Assembly: GCA_963695555.1 (NCBI GenBank)
Contig: CAVOGR010000007.1
Coordinates: 767,080-831,079, forward strand
Source of the DNA: an uncultured Gemmatimonadales bacterium
Lineage (GTDB): Bacteria > Gemmatimonadota > Gemmatimonadetes > Gemmatimonadales > GWC2-71-9
Direction of reading: 5' to 3'
DNA length: 64,000 nucleotides
Below are positions 27,828 to 37,706 of the stretch, one piece after another. Below the pieces are notes generated by a model. It made no database searches, had not been told where the DNA came from, and saw nothing but the letters and a program-made list of their open reading frames with translations. Numbering within the stretch: position 1 is the stretch's first letter; each line of letters opens with the position of its first letter. The translations under genes and the position numbers were made by a program.

Positions 27828-28466
27828 TTGATGCCAGGTCCATCGCTCCCAATTGCGGTCATCCATCTCGACGAGAGCTGTTTGGGAAACGGGCGAGAGG
27901 GGCAGACGCCGGGCGGTGCCGCGGGCCTCATCGAGGTGCGGCTGCGGCACGGCATCGAACGGCGCGACTTCTATCTCCACGCGGCCGACACAACCAACAA
28001 CCGCATGGCCCTCGCGGGCGCGATTGCCGCACTCCAGCTCTTGGCGCGGAAGGGGCGGCGCTTACGTGTGCTGGTAGTGTCCGATTCCGAGTACCTGGTC
28101 AAGGGAATGCGCCAATGGGTCCCCTCGTGGATCCAGCGCAATTGGCGGCGAAAGAGCGGGGCGATCGAGAACTTGGCGCTGTGGCGCGCGCTGGTCGAAA
28201 CCGCTCAGTCGCATGAGGTCCAATGGACCTGGGTCCGAGGCCACACGGGACACGTCAAGAACGAGTATGCCAACGATCTGGCGGTTGCGGCGGCGACGGA
28301 GCAGAAGACGTCGGATGGAGCGATGCCGTCCGGGCTTTCGGCCTGGCTCGCTGCCAAACAGGCACGCGGCCTCTATCCCGACTCCGACCCGGATGCGTCG
28401 TTCGCCGCAGCAGAACGGTTGATGGCAAGCGATGAGCCGCTACCCATAGCCGAGGCAGTCGAGTGA
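27828..28466 (+). CDS. rnhA: Ribonuclease HI-like protein with C-terminal extension
   Basis: LDESCLGN, TTNNRMAL, VVSDSEYLV, RGHTGH, NEYANDLA match the RNase HI motif order. Confidence 0.75.
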   Translation: MMPGPSLPIAVIHLDESCLGNGREGQTPGGAAGLIEVRLRHGIERRDFYLHAADTTNNRMALAGAIAALQLLARKGRRLRVLVVSDSEYLVKGMRQWVPSWIQRNWRRKSGAIENLALWRALVETAQSHEVQWTWVRGHTGHVKNEYANDLAVAAATEQKTSDGAMPSGLSAWLAAKQARGLYPDSDPDASFAAAERLMASDEPLPIAEAVE

Positions 28467-28469
28467 ACC

Positions 28470-29153
28470 ATGAGTGACGTGGAACGCATGTTTCGTCTCC
28501 TGGTACGCACGCTGGCGGACGTGGACCCCTCGTGGCTTCATCGTCCGATCCCGCTCGGGGCGATGACCCGCGAGGTGATTCCGTATCGTGATGTCCGCAA
28601 TCGCCTGAACCTGGCGTGCAACGAAGATTATGAGTCGCTTCTGATTCGACTATGTGCCGGACAGGGAGGTCTGGCGGAACTCACGGACACAGATGCCCGG
28701 GAGCACTTCGCCCTGGCCGCAGCGAGTCCGCATCCCGACTTGGACTTACTCCGCCGCTGGTCGGAGACCACCGTCAGTCTCGACGCTCGAGCCGTGGCAC
28801 GGGCGCTCGGCGGAGAACCAGAGGACGAGTATGCACCGACACCCGAACCGGCCACGCCAGTCGACCAAGCTTCTCCGCCACCCGAGACGCTTCCGTCCGA
28901 GTCGGCGGCCTCGGGCCGCGACCGTCGCGTGCTCGACTTTCCGTTACCGCCCGCGTCATCCGCCCCAACCCCGGCCAGTCCGGCCGACCAATGCCTTTTC
29001 TGCGGTGGTGAGCTGCCGGCCGACCGTGAGACCAAGTATTGCCCACATTGCGGCCAGAGCCAGGTCATACTCCGCTGTCCCAATTGCGACGCGGAGGTGG
29101 AGATCGGCTGGCGGCATTGCATCACGTGCGGGCAACCGCTGCCGCATCTCTAG
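28470..29153 (+). CDS. Hypothetical protein with C-terminal double zinc-ribbon (4x CxxC)
   Basis: CLFCGG ... CPHCGQ ... CPNCD ... CITCGQ. Confidence 0.55.
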   Translation: MSDVERMFRLLVRTLADVDPSWLHRPIPLGAMTREVIPYRDVRNRLNLACNEDYESLLIRLCAGQGGLAELTDTDAREHFALAAASPHPDLDLLRRWSETTVSLDARAVARALGGEPEDEYAPTPEPATPVDQASPPPETLPSESAASGRDRRVLDFPLPPASSAPTPASPADQCLFCGGELPADRETKYCPHCGQSQVILRCPNCDAEVEIGWRHCITCGQPLPHL

Positions 29154-30200
29154 GTGACCCGCCACAACATCGCCGTCATTCCAGGCGACGGAATCGGACC
29201 GGAAGTCGTGGAGGCGGCCCTGCCCGTACTTGCCCGAGCCGCTCGCCTGGACGGCGTCGAGCTTGGCTTCGAGCGATTCCCCTACGGGGCCGAGCACTTT
29301 CTCGCAACCGGCGAAACCCTGCCCGAAGCGGCGTTTCAGCGTCTCGAGCGCGAGTTCGACGCAATCCTGGTCGGCGCGCTGGGCGACCCTCGCGTGCCCC
29401 AAAACGAGCACGCACGCGACATCCTACTTGGCCTCAGGTTCCGCCTCGACCTCTACATCAACTTCCGACCCGTCCGATTGCTGCATCCGCGGCTCACACC
29501 CCTCAAGAACTCACGGCCCATCGATTTCGTGGTCTTTCGTGAGAACACGGAGGGACCGTATGGCGGGCGGGGACGCGCGCTCATGGTCGGCACGCCGAAC
29601 GAGGAACAGATTTCCGAGGAAGTGCACACCTGGCGGGGAGTGACGCGCATTCTGGAAGCCGCCTTCGCGTGGGCCGAGGCACACGGACGGACGCGAATCA
29701 CCCTGTGCGACAAGGCAAATGCCATCCCGTTCCACCGGATCTGGGCCGAGCGCTTTCAGGACATCGGCGCCAACCATCCCGGAATCGAGCGCGAACACCG
29801 TTACATCGACGCGCTCGCGCTCGACCTGGTACGCTCGCCTGGGCATTTTCAGCTCATCGTGACCAACAACCTCTACGGCGATATCGTGTCAGACCTGGGC
29901 GCAGGCCTGGTCGGCGGGCTCGGGCTCGCACCGAGTGCCAACCTGCACCCTGGGCGGCCCGGCCTGTTCGAGCCGGTCCACGGGTCCGCGCCTCCCTTGG
30001 CCGGTACGGGAACTGCCAACCCCATGGCCGCCATCCTCACGGGCGCTCTCATGCTCGAATCACTCGGCTATCCCGGCACTCGGGCCAGGCTCGAGGCCGC
30101 CGTTCAGCGCGTCATAGCGAACGGGCCAACGACGCCGGACCTGGGCGGCGGGGCATCGACCGACCAGGTGGCGGAGGCCACCAAAACGGCCCTCGGCTAG
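29154..30200 (+). CDS. Isocitrate/isopropylmalate/tartrate dehydrogenase family (beta-decarboxylating dehydrogenase)
   Basis: IAVIPGDGIGPEV and NLYGDIVSDLGAGLVGGLGLAPSAN motifs. Likely GTG start directly after the previous stop. Confidence 0.8.
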   Translation: MTRHNIAVIPGDGIGPEVVEAALPVLARAARLDGVELGFERFPYGAEHFLATGETLPEAAFQRLEREFDAILVGALGDPRVPQNEHARDILLGLRFRLDLYINFRPVRLLHPRLTPLKNSRPIDFVVFRENTEGPYGGRGRALMVGTPNEEQISEEVHTWRGVTRILEAAFAWAEAHGRTRITLCDKANAIPFHRIWAERFQDIGANHPGIEREHRYIDALALDLVRSPGHFQLIVTNNLYGDIVSDLGAGLVGGLGLAPSANLHPGRPGLFEPVHGSAPPLAGTGTANPMAAILTGALMLESLGYPGTRARLEAAVQRVIANGPTTPDLGGGASTDQVAEATKTALG

Positions 30201-30333
30201 GACTCGTCAGATAGGTCCAGCGCAGGACCTGATGCGGGGTTCGCCGGAGGTCTTCGCTTGAGAGAGTCTCTCGGTACGGGCATATTTCACCGCTCACCGA
30301 CGATCATCCGCGAAGATTTGGAGCCAGTCTCTC

Positions 30334-31545
30334 ATGAAGACTCAAGGCCATGGTACCGACGTCGTCTTCCTCTCAGGCGTCCGGACGGGCTTCGGCGCCT
30401 TTGGCGGCGCCCTCAAGTCCTACAGCGCAATCCAACTGGGCGCGATTGCCGCCAAATACGCCGTCGAGCGGTCCGGCACGGACCCTTCGGCCATCGATCA
30501 CGTGGTGTTCGGCAACGCGCTTCAGACTTCGGCTGATGCCATCTATCTGGCCCGGCATATCGGACTACAAGCCGGGCTGCCACTGGAGACGCCGGCCGTC
30601 ACCGTAAATCGACTCTGCGGGTCGGGATTCGAGTCGATCATTCAAGGCGCCCAGCAGATCCTGCTTGGCGAGTCCCAGGTCGTCCTGGCGGGGGGCACCG
30701 AGTCAATGAGCCAGGCCCCCCATATCGTCCGCGGCGCCAGGTGGGGCCTCAGGCTCGGCCCGGCTCCCCCGTTCGAGGACCTCCTGTGGGAGTCGCTGCA
30801 GGATCCACAGTGCGGCTTTTCCATGGCGGAAACGGCCGAGAACCTGGCCGACAAGCACGGGATCGCGCGGGAGGATGTCGATGCGTATGCCCTCAGGAGC
30901 CAGCAGGCGGCGGCGGCCGGGTGGAGCGAGGGGCACTTCGCCGAAGAGGTCATCCCCGTGCCGGTCAAGAACCCGAAGACCCGCCAAATGGAAGACTGGG
31001 CCGCGGACGAACACATGCGCCCATCCACCACCGCCGAAGCGTTGGCAAAGTTGCCGCCCTACTTCAAGAAGGACGGCGTGGTTACCGCGGGGAACGCATC
31101 CGGTATCTGTGATGGTGGCGCCGCGGTCGTGATCGCGAACGAGAGCTACGCGTCGAAGAGCGGGCTCCGCCCCATTGGTCGGCTGGTGGCCTGGGGGGTG
31201 GCGGGCGTCGAGCCGAAGTACATGGGGATCGGGCCGGTGCCGGCGGCCCGCAAGGCGCTGGCGAAGGCGGGGATGACCTTGGATCAGATGGATCTCGTCG
31301 AGGTCAACGAAGCGTTTTCGGCCCAGTACCTCGCCGTTGAGCGCGAGCTCGGGCTCGACCGCGAACGAACCAACGTCGACGGAGGCGCCATCGCCATCGG
31401 CCATCCGTTGGCCGCGTCCGGCACCAGGATCACCCTGCATTTGCTGCACGCGCTACGTCGACGGGGCAAGCGAATCGGCCTCGGAAGCGCATGTATCGGC
31501 GGCGGGCAGGGCGCAGCCGTCATCGTCGAGGCGTTTCCAGCCTAA
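30334..31545 (+). CDS. Acetyl-CoA C-acetyltransferase (thiolase II)
   Basis: NRLCGSG active-site Cys, [14 protein letters not shown], and C-terminal CIGGGQGAA. Confidence 0.9.
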   Translation: MKTQGHGTDVVFLSGVRTGFGAFGGALKSYSAIQLGAIAAKYAVERSGTDPSAIDHVVFGNALQTSADAIYLARHIGLQAGLPLETPAVTVNRLCGSGFESIIQGAQQILLGESQVVLAGGTESMSQAPHIVRGARWGLRLGPAPPFEDLLWESLQDPQCGFSMAETAENLADKHGIAREDVDAYALRSQQAAAAGWSEGHFAEEVIPVPVKNPKTRQMEDWAADEHMRPSTTAEALAKLPPYFKKDGVVTAGNASGICDGGAAVVIANESYASKSGLRPIGRLVAWGVAGVEPKYMGIGPVPAARKALAKAGMTLDQMDLVEVNEAFSAQYLAVERELGLDRERTNVDGGAIAIGHPLAASGTRITLHLLHALRRRGKRIGLGSACIGGGQGAAVIVEAFPA

Positions 31546-31562
31546 ATCATCAAGAGGACATC

Positions 31563-32438
31563 ATGGAACTCATTATCGCCGCCGCCATTGGATTGACCTA
31601 CGTCGCGGCCAGCCTCCGGGTGCTAAAGCAGTACGAGCGAGGGGTCGTCTTCTTCTTGGGGAAATACATCGCCACCAAGGGACCCGGACTCATTTTCTTG
31701 CCTGCCGGCTTCGCGGCCCAGAAACGGGTCTCCCTCAGGATCATGGCGCTCGATATTCCGCCGCAGGACGTGATCACGCGGGACAACGTCTCCGTCAGGG
31801 TAAACGCCGTCCTGTACATGCGCGTCATCGATCCCGCGCGAGCCATCATCGACATCGAGGACTATCTCTATGCCTGTAGCCAGCTCGCGCAGACGACGCT
31901 CCGCGCGGTGCTGGGTGAGACGGAACTCGACGAACTCTTGGCCGACCGGGAAAAAATCAACGCCATCTTGAAGAAGATCATCGACGAGCGGACCGATCCC
32001 TGGGGCATCGAGGTGTCGGCGGTCGAGGTCAAGGACGTGGACCTGCCGGAGACGATGAAGCGCGCAATGGCGCGGCAGGCCGAGGCGGAGCGCGAGCGGC
32101 GAGCCAAGGTGATCGCGGCACAGGGCGAGCTCCAGGCATCGCACACTCTCGCGCAGGCGGCGAATACAATGGCGAAGGAACCCATGTCGCTCCAGCTTCG
32201 CTACCTGCAGACCGTGATCGAGGTCGCCGCAGAGAACAACTCGACGACGATCTTCCCGATCCCGATCGACATGATCACGCCATTCATGAAGCAGGGACTC
32301 TTCGGCGGGAGCACGGCGGCGGCCGCCATCGGCGAAGGAGAGAGTGCACCGGCCCTGTCCGAGCCCAATCCGCTTACCATGCTCCCCCAGATCAAGGTGG
32401 AGGAGTCCAAAGTGCCGAAGAAGGAGCAGAAGGACTAG
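31563..32438 (+). CDS. SPFH/band-7 (stomatin-like) membrane protein
   Basis: N-terminal TM helix then [12 protein letters not shown] ... SPFH core, and Ala/Glu-rich coiled coil ([17 protein letters not shown]). Confidence 0.85.
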   Translation: MELIIAAAIGLTYVAASLRVLKQYERGVVFFLGKYIATKGPGLIFLPAGFAAQKRVSLRIMALDIPPQDVITRDNVSVRVNAVLYMRVIDPARAIIDIEDYLYACSQLAQTTLRAVLGETELDELLADREKINAILKKIIDERTDPWGIEVSAVEVKDVDLPETMKRAMARQAEAERERRAKVIAAQGELQASHTLAQAANTMAKEPMSLQLRYLQTVIEVAAENNSTTIFPIPIDMITPFMKQGLFGGSTAAAAIGEGESAPALSEPNPLTMLPQIKVEESKVPKKEQKD

Positions 32439-32440
32439 GG

Positions 32441-33277
32441 ATGTCCAACCTAGTACCGGCGCGACGGATCGATCGCGAAGCGCTCGAACGCATCATCCAG
32501 CGCGCCACCGAACTGCAGACCGGCGAACGGGAGATCGCGTCGGACTTGACGCCGACGGAGGTGTTGGCGCTCGGGAAGGACGTCGGCATTCCCGAACGCT
32601 ACCTGCAGCAGGCGATTCTGGAGGAGCAGACGCGCCGCCCCGTTCCGGCAGCGGCCGGGCTCTGGAATCGGCTGGCCGGCCCCCAGACGATAGCCGCCGA
32701 GCGGGTGGTGCGCGGTGAGATCGAGGAGCTGGAGGCGGCGCTCGCGCGGTGGATGGAACAGAACGAGCTATTGACGGTGCAGCGGCAGCAGCGAGGGTGG
32801 ATTACCTGGGAGCCGGTCACCGGATTCCAGGCGGCCATTCGCCGGTCGTCGGCGGCCTTGGGCGGCGGCAAGCGCCCGTTCATGCTCTCGAGGGCCACGG
32901 TCGTCTCCGCCACCGTGACCCCGCTCGAAGAGGGCTACTGCCTGGTCAGCCTCGAGGCGAGCCTCCGGCGGGAACGTGGCTCGCGCGTTGCCTTCGGATC
33001 GATCCTCTCCACGACCGGGCTGGCCGGCACTCTCATTTTGGGTGCGCTCGGCGCCGTCTGGGCCGTGACCCCGCTGCCCCTCGTGCTCGGCTTGGCGGCG
33101 AGTTACGCCACGTTCCGTAGCTACCGGCCGGTCGCCGACCGGACCAAGCTCGGGCTCGAACGGGTCTTGGACCAGCTCGAGCGGGGCGAAGTCAAACCGG
33201 CACATCGAGTACCGGAAGGCGGGCATCGTGTGTGGGAAGTCTTGGCACACGAAGTCCGCAAGGCTCTCAAACCTTAA
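32441..33277 (+). CDS. Hypothetical membrane-associated protein downstream of the stomatin gene
   Basis: Starts 3 nt after the stomatin stop. C-terminal TM segment. Confidence 0.5.
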   Translation: MSNLVPARRIDREALERIIQRATELQTGEREIASDLTPTEVLALGKDVGIPERYLQQAILEEQTRRPVPAAAGLWNRLAGPQTIAAERVVRGEIEELEAALARWMEQNELLTVQRQQRGWITWEPVTGFQAAIRRSSAALGGGKRPFMLSRATVVSATVTPLEEGYCLVSLEASLRRERGSRVAFGSILSTTGLAGTLILGALGAVWAVTPLPLVLGLAASYATFRSYRPVADRTKLGLERVLDQLERGEVKPAHRVPEGGHRVWEVLAHEVRKALKP

Positions 33278-33295
33278 ATCTCGACGAGTGCCCTC

Positions 33296-34186
33296 ATGTC
33301 AGATATCAAGAAAGTCGGAGTGCTGGGCTGTGGGTTGATGGGGAGCGGTATCGCGCAGGTCGCGGCCACCGCCGGCTACTCCACGATGGTCCGGGAAATT
33401 GCCGACCCGATCCTCGAGCGCGGCAAGGCCGGGATTACCAAATCGCTCGACAAGTTCGTCGAAAAGGAGAAACTGTCCGCGGCCGATCGCGATGCGACAC
33501 TCGGCCGGCTGTCCTTTGTGACCGATCTCGCGCGCCTGCGCGACTGCGATATCATCATCGAAGCGGTCACCGAGGACCTGGAGCTCAAGAACAACCTGTG
33601 GAAGGAACTCGACGCGCTCTGCCCGGACCACACCATCTTCGCGTCGAACACGTCCAGCCTCACCATCGCCGCGATGGCCGCGGCTACCAGGCGGCGCGAG
33701 CTGTTCGTCGGCCTCCACTTCTTCAATCCGGTCCCGCTGATGAAGTTGGTTGAGGTGGTCCGAACCGTCACCACGTCGCCGGAGACGTTCGACCGGGCGT
33801 TTGCCTTCGCCAAGCAACTCGGCAAGGAGCCGGTGGCGGCGAAGGACAGCTCCGGCTTCATCGTCAATCTACTGCTGGTGCCGTATCTGCTCGACGCCAT
33901 CCGCGCCCTGGAGCATGGCGTGGCGACGACGGTCGATATCGACACCGGCATGAAGCTGGGCTGTGGTCACCCGATGGGGCCCCTGACGCTGTTGGATTTT
34001 GTGGGCATCGATACGACGTACAAGATCGCGGAGATCATGTTCGACGAGTATCGCGAAGCCCGCTATGCGCCACCGCCATTGCTCAAGCGGATGATGCTTG
34101 CCGGCATGTACGGCCGGAAGAGCGGCATGGGGTTCTACGATTACTCGAATTCACCGCCAACGCCGGTTGACCTGGGAATCGGCTGA
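33296..34186 (+). CDS. 3-hydroxybutyryl-CoA / 3-hydroxyacyl-CoA dehydrogenase
   Basis: VGVLGCGLMGSGIAQV Rossmann motif, SNTSSL, and 3HCDH C-terminal domain. Confidence 0.9.
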   Translation: MSDIKKVGVLGCGLMGSGIAQVAATAGYSTMVREIADPILERGKAGITKSLDKFVEKEKLSAADRDATLGRLSFVTDLARLRDCDIIIEAVTEDLELKNNLWKELDALCPDHTIFASNTSSLTIAAMAAATRRRELFVGLHFFNPVPLMKLVEVVRTVTTSPETFDRAFAFAKQLGKEPVAAKDSSGFIVNLLLVPYLLDAIRALEHGVATTVDIDTGMKLGCGHPMGPLTLLDFVGIDTTYKIAEIMFDEYREARYAPPPLLKRMMLAGMYGRKSGMGFYDYSNSPPTPVDLGIG

Positions 34187-34227
34187 CCCGACACTAGCTA
34201 CCGACCACTTACGACACGAGGCACCCT

Positions 34228-34869
34228 ATGCTACTGCTGAACGGCGACGCCGCCGCCACGTTCCTGGGCTTCGAGCTGGTCCGGCTCCACGCCATGTTGA
34301 ATGACCTGCCAGCTGCCCTTCTGATCGTGGCCGTCGTCTTCGAGGCCCTTCATGTCTTCACCAAGCGTGAAGGATTCCGGTATGCCTCGTTCTGGACTCT
34401 GATGGCCGGGGCCATCGGGGCCGCCGTCGCCGTCCTCTCCGGCCTGCAGGCCGAAGCGTCGATCGAACACGGAACCGCCATCCACGAGTTGATGGAACGC
34501 CACGAAACCCTGGCGTTCATCACGCTCGGCGTCTTTGCCGTCTTGGCCGGATGGCGGCTCCTGCGGGAGCGGAAGATGGGCATGCTCGAGCGGCGGGTAG
34601 CCCTGATCGTGGCTCTCGTGGGAGCCGGCGTGCTCTACACCACCGGGAAGCTCGGCGGCGAGATGGTCTTTCAGCATGCGGCCGGCATTTCCACCGACGT
34701 GATGGAGCACGAAATCCAGAACCGTGGGGCCGGGCACGAGCATGAAGGCGCCGAAGCGGGCGTCGCTCCTGCGGCTATGCCAGACTCGACCGTCGATGCA
34801 CCCGCAGCGGAACCAGATACGGTATCCGACCACGTCGATCCGCCGGGCGCGCCGCCGCACACGCACTGA
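34228..34869 (+). CDS. DUF2231-like integral membrane protein
   Basis: Four predicted TM helices and a His/Glu-rich C-terminus. Confidence 0.6.
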   Translation: MLLLNGDAAATFLGFELVRLHAMLNDLPAALLIVAVVFEALHVFTKREGFRYASFWTLMAGAIGAAVAVLSGLQAEASIEHGTAIHELMERHETLAFITLGVFAVLAGWRLLRERKMGMLERRVALIVALVGAGVLYTTGKLGGEMVFQHAAGISTDVMEHEIQNRGAGHEHEGAEAGVAPAAMPDSTVDAPAAEPDTVSDHVDPPGAPPHTH

Positions 34870-35342
34870 TGTATCGTCTTTTCGCCTTGGGTCTCTGCTG
34901 CGCGGCTGCGCTGTCCTGCAACCCCAACACCAGCCGGCCGCCGATCCATCCCATGCTCGGCGCCCTGACCGTCGACGTCGACCTGGACGTTCCCGCCGCC
35001 ACCGTCACGGTGGCGAACGCGTTGCGCACTGACTCGATTCCGGTGACCATCGAGGAGCCGCGTGACGGTTACCTCGAGACTCCATGGTTCGAAAGCGCCA
35101 CGGGGGCGGCAACGTCCCGGCGCCCGCTGGGGCCGGAGGTTGTGCGCGCGAGAGCATGGATCGATCCGCTCCACCCCGGGCGTTCACGTATCCAGGTCGA
35201 GATCGCCTATCGACCCTGGGCGGATCCTTCACTCCCCGAGCGCGAATTGGAACGGCTGGTCCCGCTCAGCCATCCCGTGGTTGCTCGGGTCCAAGCCGCG
35301 CTCACCCGGATCGGCGGGCCCGAGGCAACAGAGCAGCAGTGA
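34869..35342 (+). CDS. Hypothetical lipoprotein
   Basis: LGLCCAAALSC lipobox-like signal. Stop overlaps the next gene's GTG (GTGA). Confidence 0.5.
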   Translation: MYRLFALGLCCAAALSCNPNTSRPPIHPMLGALTVDVDLDVPAATVTVANALRTDSIPVTIEEPRDGYLETPWFESATGAATSRRPLGPEVVRARAWIDPLHPGRSRIQVEIAYRPWADPSLPERELERLVPLSHPVVARVQAALTRIGGPEATEQQ

Positions 35343-36586
35343 ACGCTGACCAAGCAGTCTCGGACCCCGTAGGAACGGCATCGCCTCCGGTTCAGTATCC
35401 GGTCGCGGAACTGGCCCAACGCCTCTTCGATGTGGTGATCGTCGGAGCGGGGCCGGCCGGTGTGACGGCAGCCATCCGACTCGCATCCGCCGGCCACCAG
35501 GTGGCCCTGGTGGACAAGCGCGTGTTTCCTCGAAGCAAGGCATGTGGCGATGGCTTGCTCGGTGACAGTCTCCGGATGCTGCGGCGGCTCGAGCTGTATG
35601 ACCTCGTCAGGTCGCACGGACACCTGCTGGACGCGGTCAGGATCTTCAGCCCGTCGCAACACGCCACCGATATTCCCGGTGAGTTCATGACCATACGCCG
35701 GGACGTATTGGACTTCCTATTGGCGCAGGCCGCCGTGGAGCGAGGTGCCACCTTTGTCGCAGCCGAGGTCACGAACTTAGAAGAGCAACCCGATCGTGTC
35801 GTCGCCCGGTGCCGCAGCACCAGCGTTAGCATGGCTGGCAGACTAGCCGTCGTTGCGACCGGCGCGGACATCCGGCTCGTCCCGAGCCGCGCAAGGGCGA
35901 GGGGCGATGCACGCAGCGCCATGGCGCTGCGGTGCTATGCGCGCTCGTCGATGTCGCTCGACCGGTTGATTGTCACATTCGATCGGTCCATTCTGCCGGG
36001 ATACGGCTGGATCTTCCCGCTGGGCAACCAGGAGTTCAACCTCGGCTGCGGCGTATTTGATCGGGGTACGGGAAGTCCCAACCCGAACCTGCGCGACATG
36101 TTCCACACTCTCGTTGACCGTTTCCCTCCCGCACGGGAGTTGATCGCGCACGGGGCTCTTACTTCCCCGCTCAAGGGCGCCCCGCTCCGGTGCGGGCTCA
36201 CGGGTGTACCCGCCTACGCGGGCGGGCGCATCGTGGTGGTGGGCGAAGCCACCGGCACCACGTTCCCGTTCACCGGCGAGGGCATCGGCAAGGCCATGGA
36301 GACGGGCGCACTCGCCGCCGATCACGTGAGCCAGGCGCTCACGGCGGGCTCGCTCGAGCCACTCTCCCACTTGCCGCACGTGCTCCAGACCACCCTCGAG
36401 CCCCGCTACCGTGGGTATCGTGTCGCCGAACGCTGGTTATCCCATGCCTGGATGAGCGATTTCTTGATCAAGCGGGCCGGCCGGAGCCCCTATCTGCAGC
36501 GCGCGGCCGCCGGGGTGTTAAATGAATCGATCGACCCCGAAGAGATCTTTTCATGGCGGGGCCTCGTGACATCGTTAGCCAATTAG
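35339..36586 (+). CDS. Geranylgeranyl reductase family FAD-dependent oxidoreductase
   Basis: FDVVIVGAGPAGVTAAIRLA FAD-binding motif, GDG, and GEATG. The track ORF from 35084 is an upstream extension overlapping the lipoprotein gene. Confidence 0.75.
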   Translation: MNADQAVSDPVGTASPPVQYPVAELAQRLFDVVIVGAGPAGVTAAIRLASAGHQVALVDKRVFPRSKACGDGLLGDSLRMLRRLELYDLVRSHGHLLDAVRIFSPSQHATDIPGEFMTIRRDVLDFLLAQAAVERGATFVAAEVTNLEEQPDRVVARCRSTSVSMAGRLAVVATGADIRLVPSRARARGDARSAMALRCYARSSMSLDRLIVTFDRSILPGYGWIFPLGNQEFNLGCGVFDRGTGSPNPNLRDMFHTLVDRFPPARELIAHGALTSPLKGAPLRCGLTGVPAYAGGRIVVVGEATGTTFPFTGEGIGKAMETGALAADHVSQALTAGSLEPLSHLPHVLQTTLEPRYRGYRVAERWLSHAWMSDFLIKRAGRSPYLQRAAAGVLNESIDPEEIFSWRGLVTSLAN

Positions 36587-36590
36587 CGCG

Positions 36591-37676
36591 ATGGCCGAGA
36601 ACGGAGCCGGAACGGCGGCGAGCATCATGAGCCCCAACGCAACCGGTCGCGGGCAAGGGGGTCGGGCGTCGTCGAGTGAAGGGCGTGCGTTCTGCGCCGC
36701 CATGCTGCCCAAGGTCTCTCGGACCTTTGCGCTCTGCATCCGGCTCTTGCCCCGATCGCTGTCCCACTCGGTCACGGTCGCGTACCTGCTCTGTCGTATC
36801 GCCGACACCATCGAAGATGCGACTGACCTGTCCGTGGCCGACAAGCAAGGACTCCTGCGGCACTTCGGTGGTTGCCTGGACGACAACGGCCCTGCCGCCG
36901 ACTCGATTCGAACGGCCTTCCGAAGGCGGAGGAACGACGAAGAGCGCTTGGCCGCCGACGCAGACATGATACTCGGCGAATTCTACGCGCTCTCGGCCCG
37001 CGAACGCGATGCTATACGGCCATGGGTGCAGGAGATGTGCGCCGGAATGGCGGAGTTTGCCAGGGCGGGACGGCTGGTTGCCGGGCGTGAACTCGAAACG
37101 CTGGCCGATCTCCAGGCGCTGGACCGCTACTGTTACTTCGTGGCAGGCACGGTGGGACATCTACTCACGGGGTTGTTCCGTCTCTCCGATTCCCGAGCCG
37201 ATGCTGCGCGCTATGAGGCGCTCGACCGCCTCGCGGCGAGTTTCGGACTCGGACTCCAACTCACCAACATCATCAAGGACGTAGCCGACGATCACCGTCG
37301 AGGCTGGAGTTTCGTTCCCCGTGATTTGTGCCGCCAGGCAGGCGTGCCGCCGGAAAAGTTGTTCGATCCAGCATTCCGCACCGAGTCACTCCAAGTCATG
37401 GACGCGCTCATCGCCGAGGCGCGACGACATCTGGTCGATTCACTGCGCTATTGCACCATGCTGCCGCGGTACCAATATCGTATCCGGCTCTTCTGCCTGA
37501 CCTCGTTCTACTTTGCCGTCCGGACGTTACGCCGCGCGGCATCCGACCAGCGCCTGCTGGAGCCCACTCACAAACTCAAGATCACCCGGGGCGAAGTGTA
37601 CCGGACCGTGGCGGCGACGCACGTCGTCGCGCCCAGCAACTACCTCGTGCGTGCATATTATCGGCGCCTTGCATGA
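36591..37676 (+). CDS. Squalene/phytoene synthase family (HpnD/CrtB-like)
   Basis: SRTFALCIRLLP, YLLCRIADTIED (DxxxD), and LQLTNIIKDVADD second Asp-rich motif. Confidence 0.8.
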   Translation: MAENGAGTAASIMSPNATGRGQGGRASSSEGRAFCAAMLPKVSRTFALCIRLLPRSLSHSVTVAYLLCRIADTIEDATDLSVADKQGLLRHFGGCLDDNGPAADSIRTAFRRRRNDEERLAADADMILGEFYALSARERDAIRPWVQEMCAGMAEFARAGRLVAGRELETLADLQALDRYCYFVAGTVGHLLTGLFRLSDSRADAARYEALDRLAASFGLGLQLTNIIKDVADDHRRGWSFVPRDLCRQAGVPPEKLFDPAFRTESLQVMDALIAEARRHLVDSLRYCTMLPRYQYRIRLFCLTSFYFAVRTLRRAASDQRLLEPTHKLKITRGEVYRTVAATHVVAPSNYLVRAYYRRLA

Positions 37677-37706
37677 CCACGACCTGCTCCGCGCAGCCCT
37701 AGCAGC

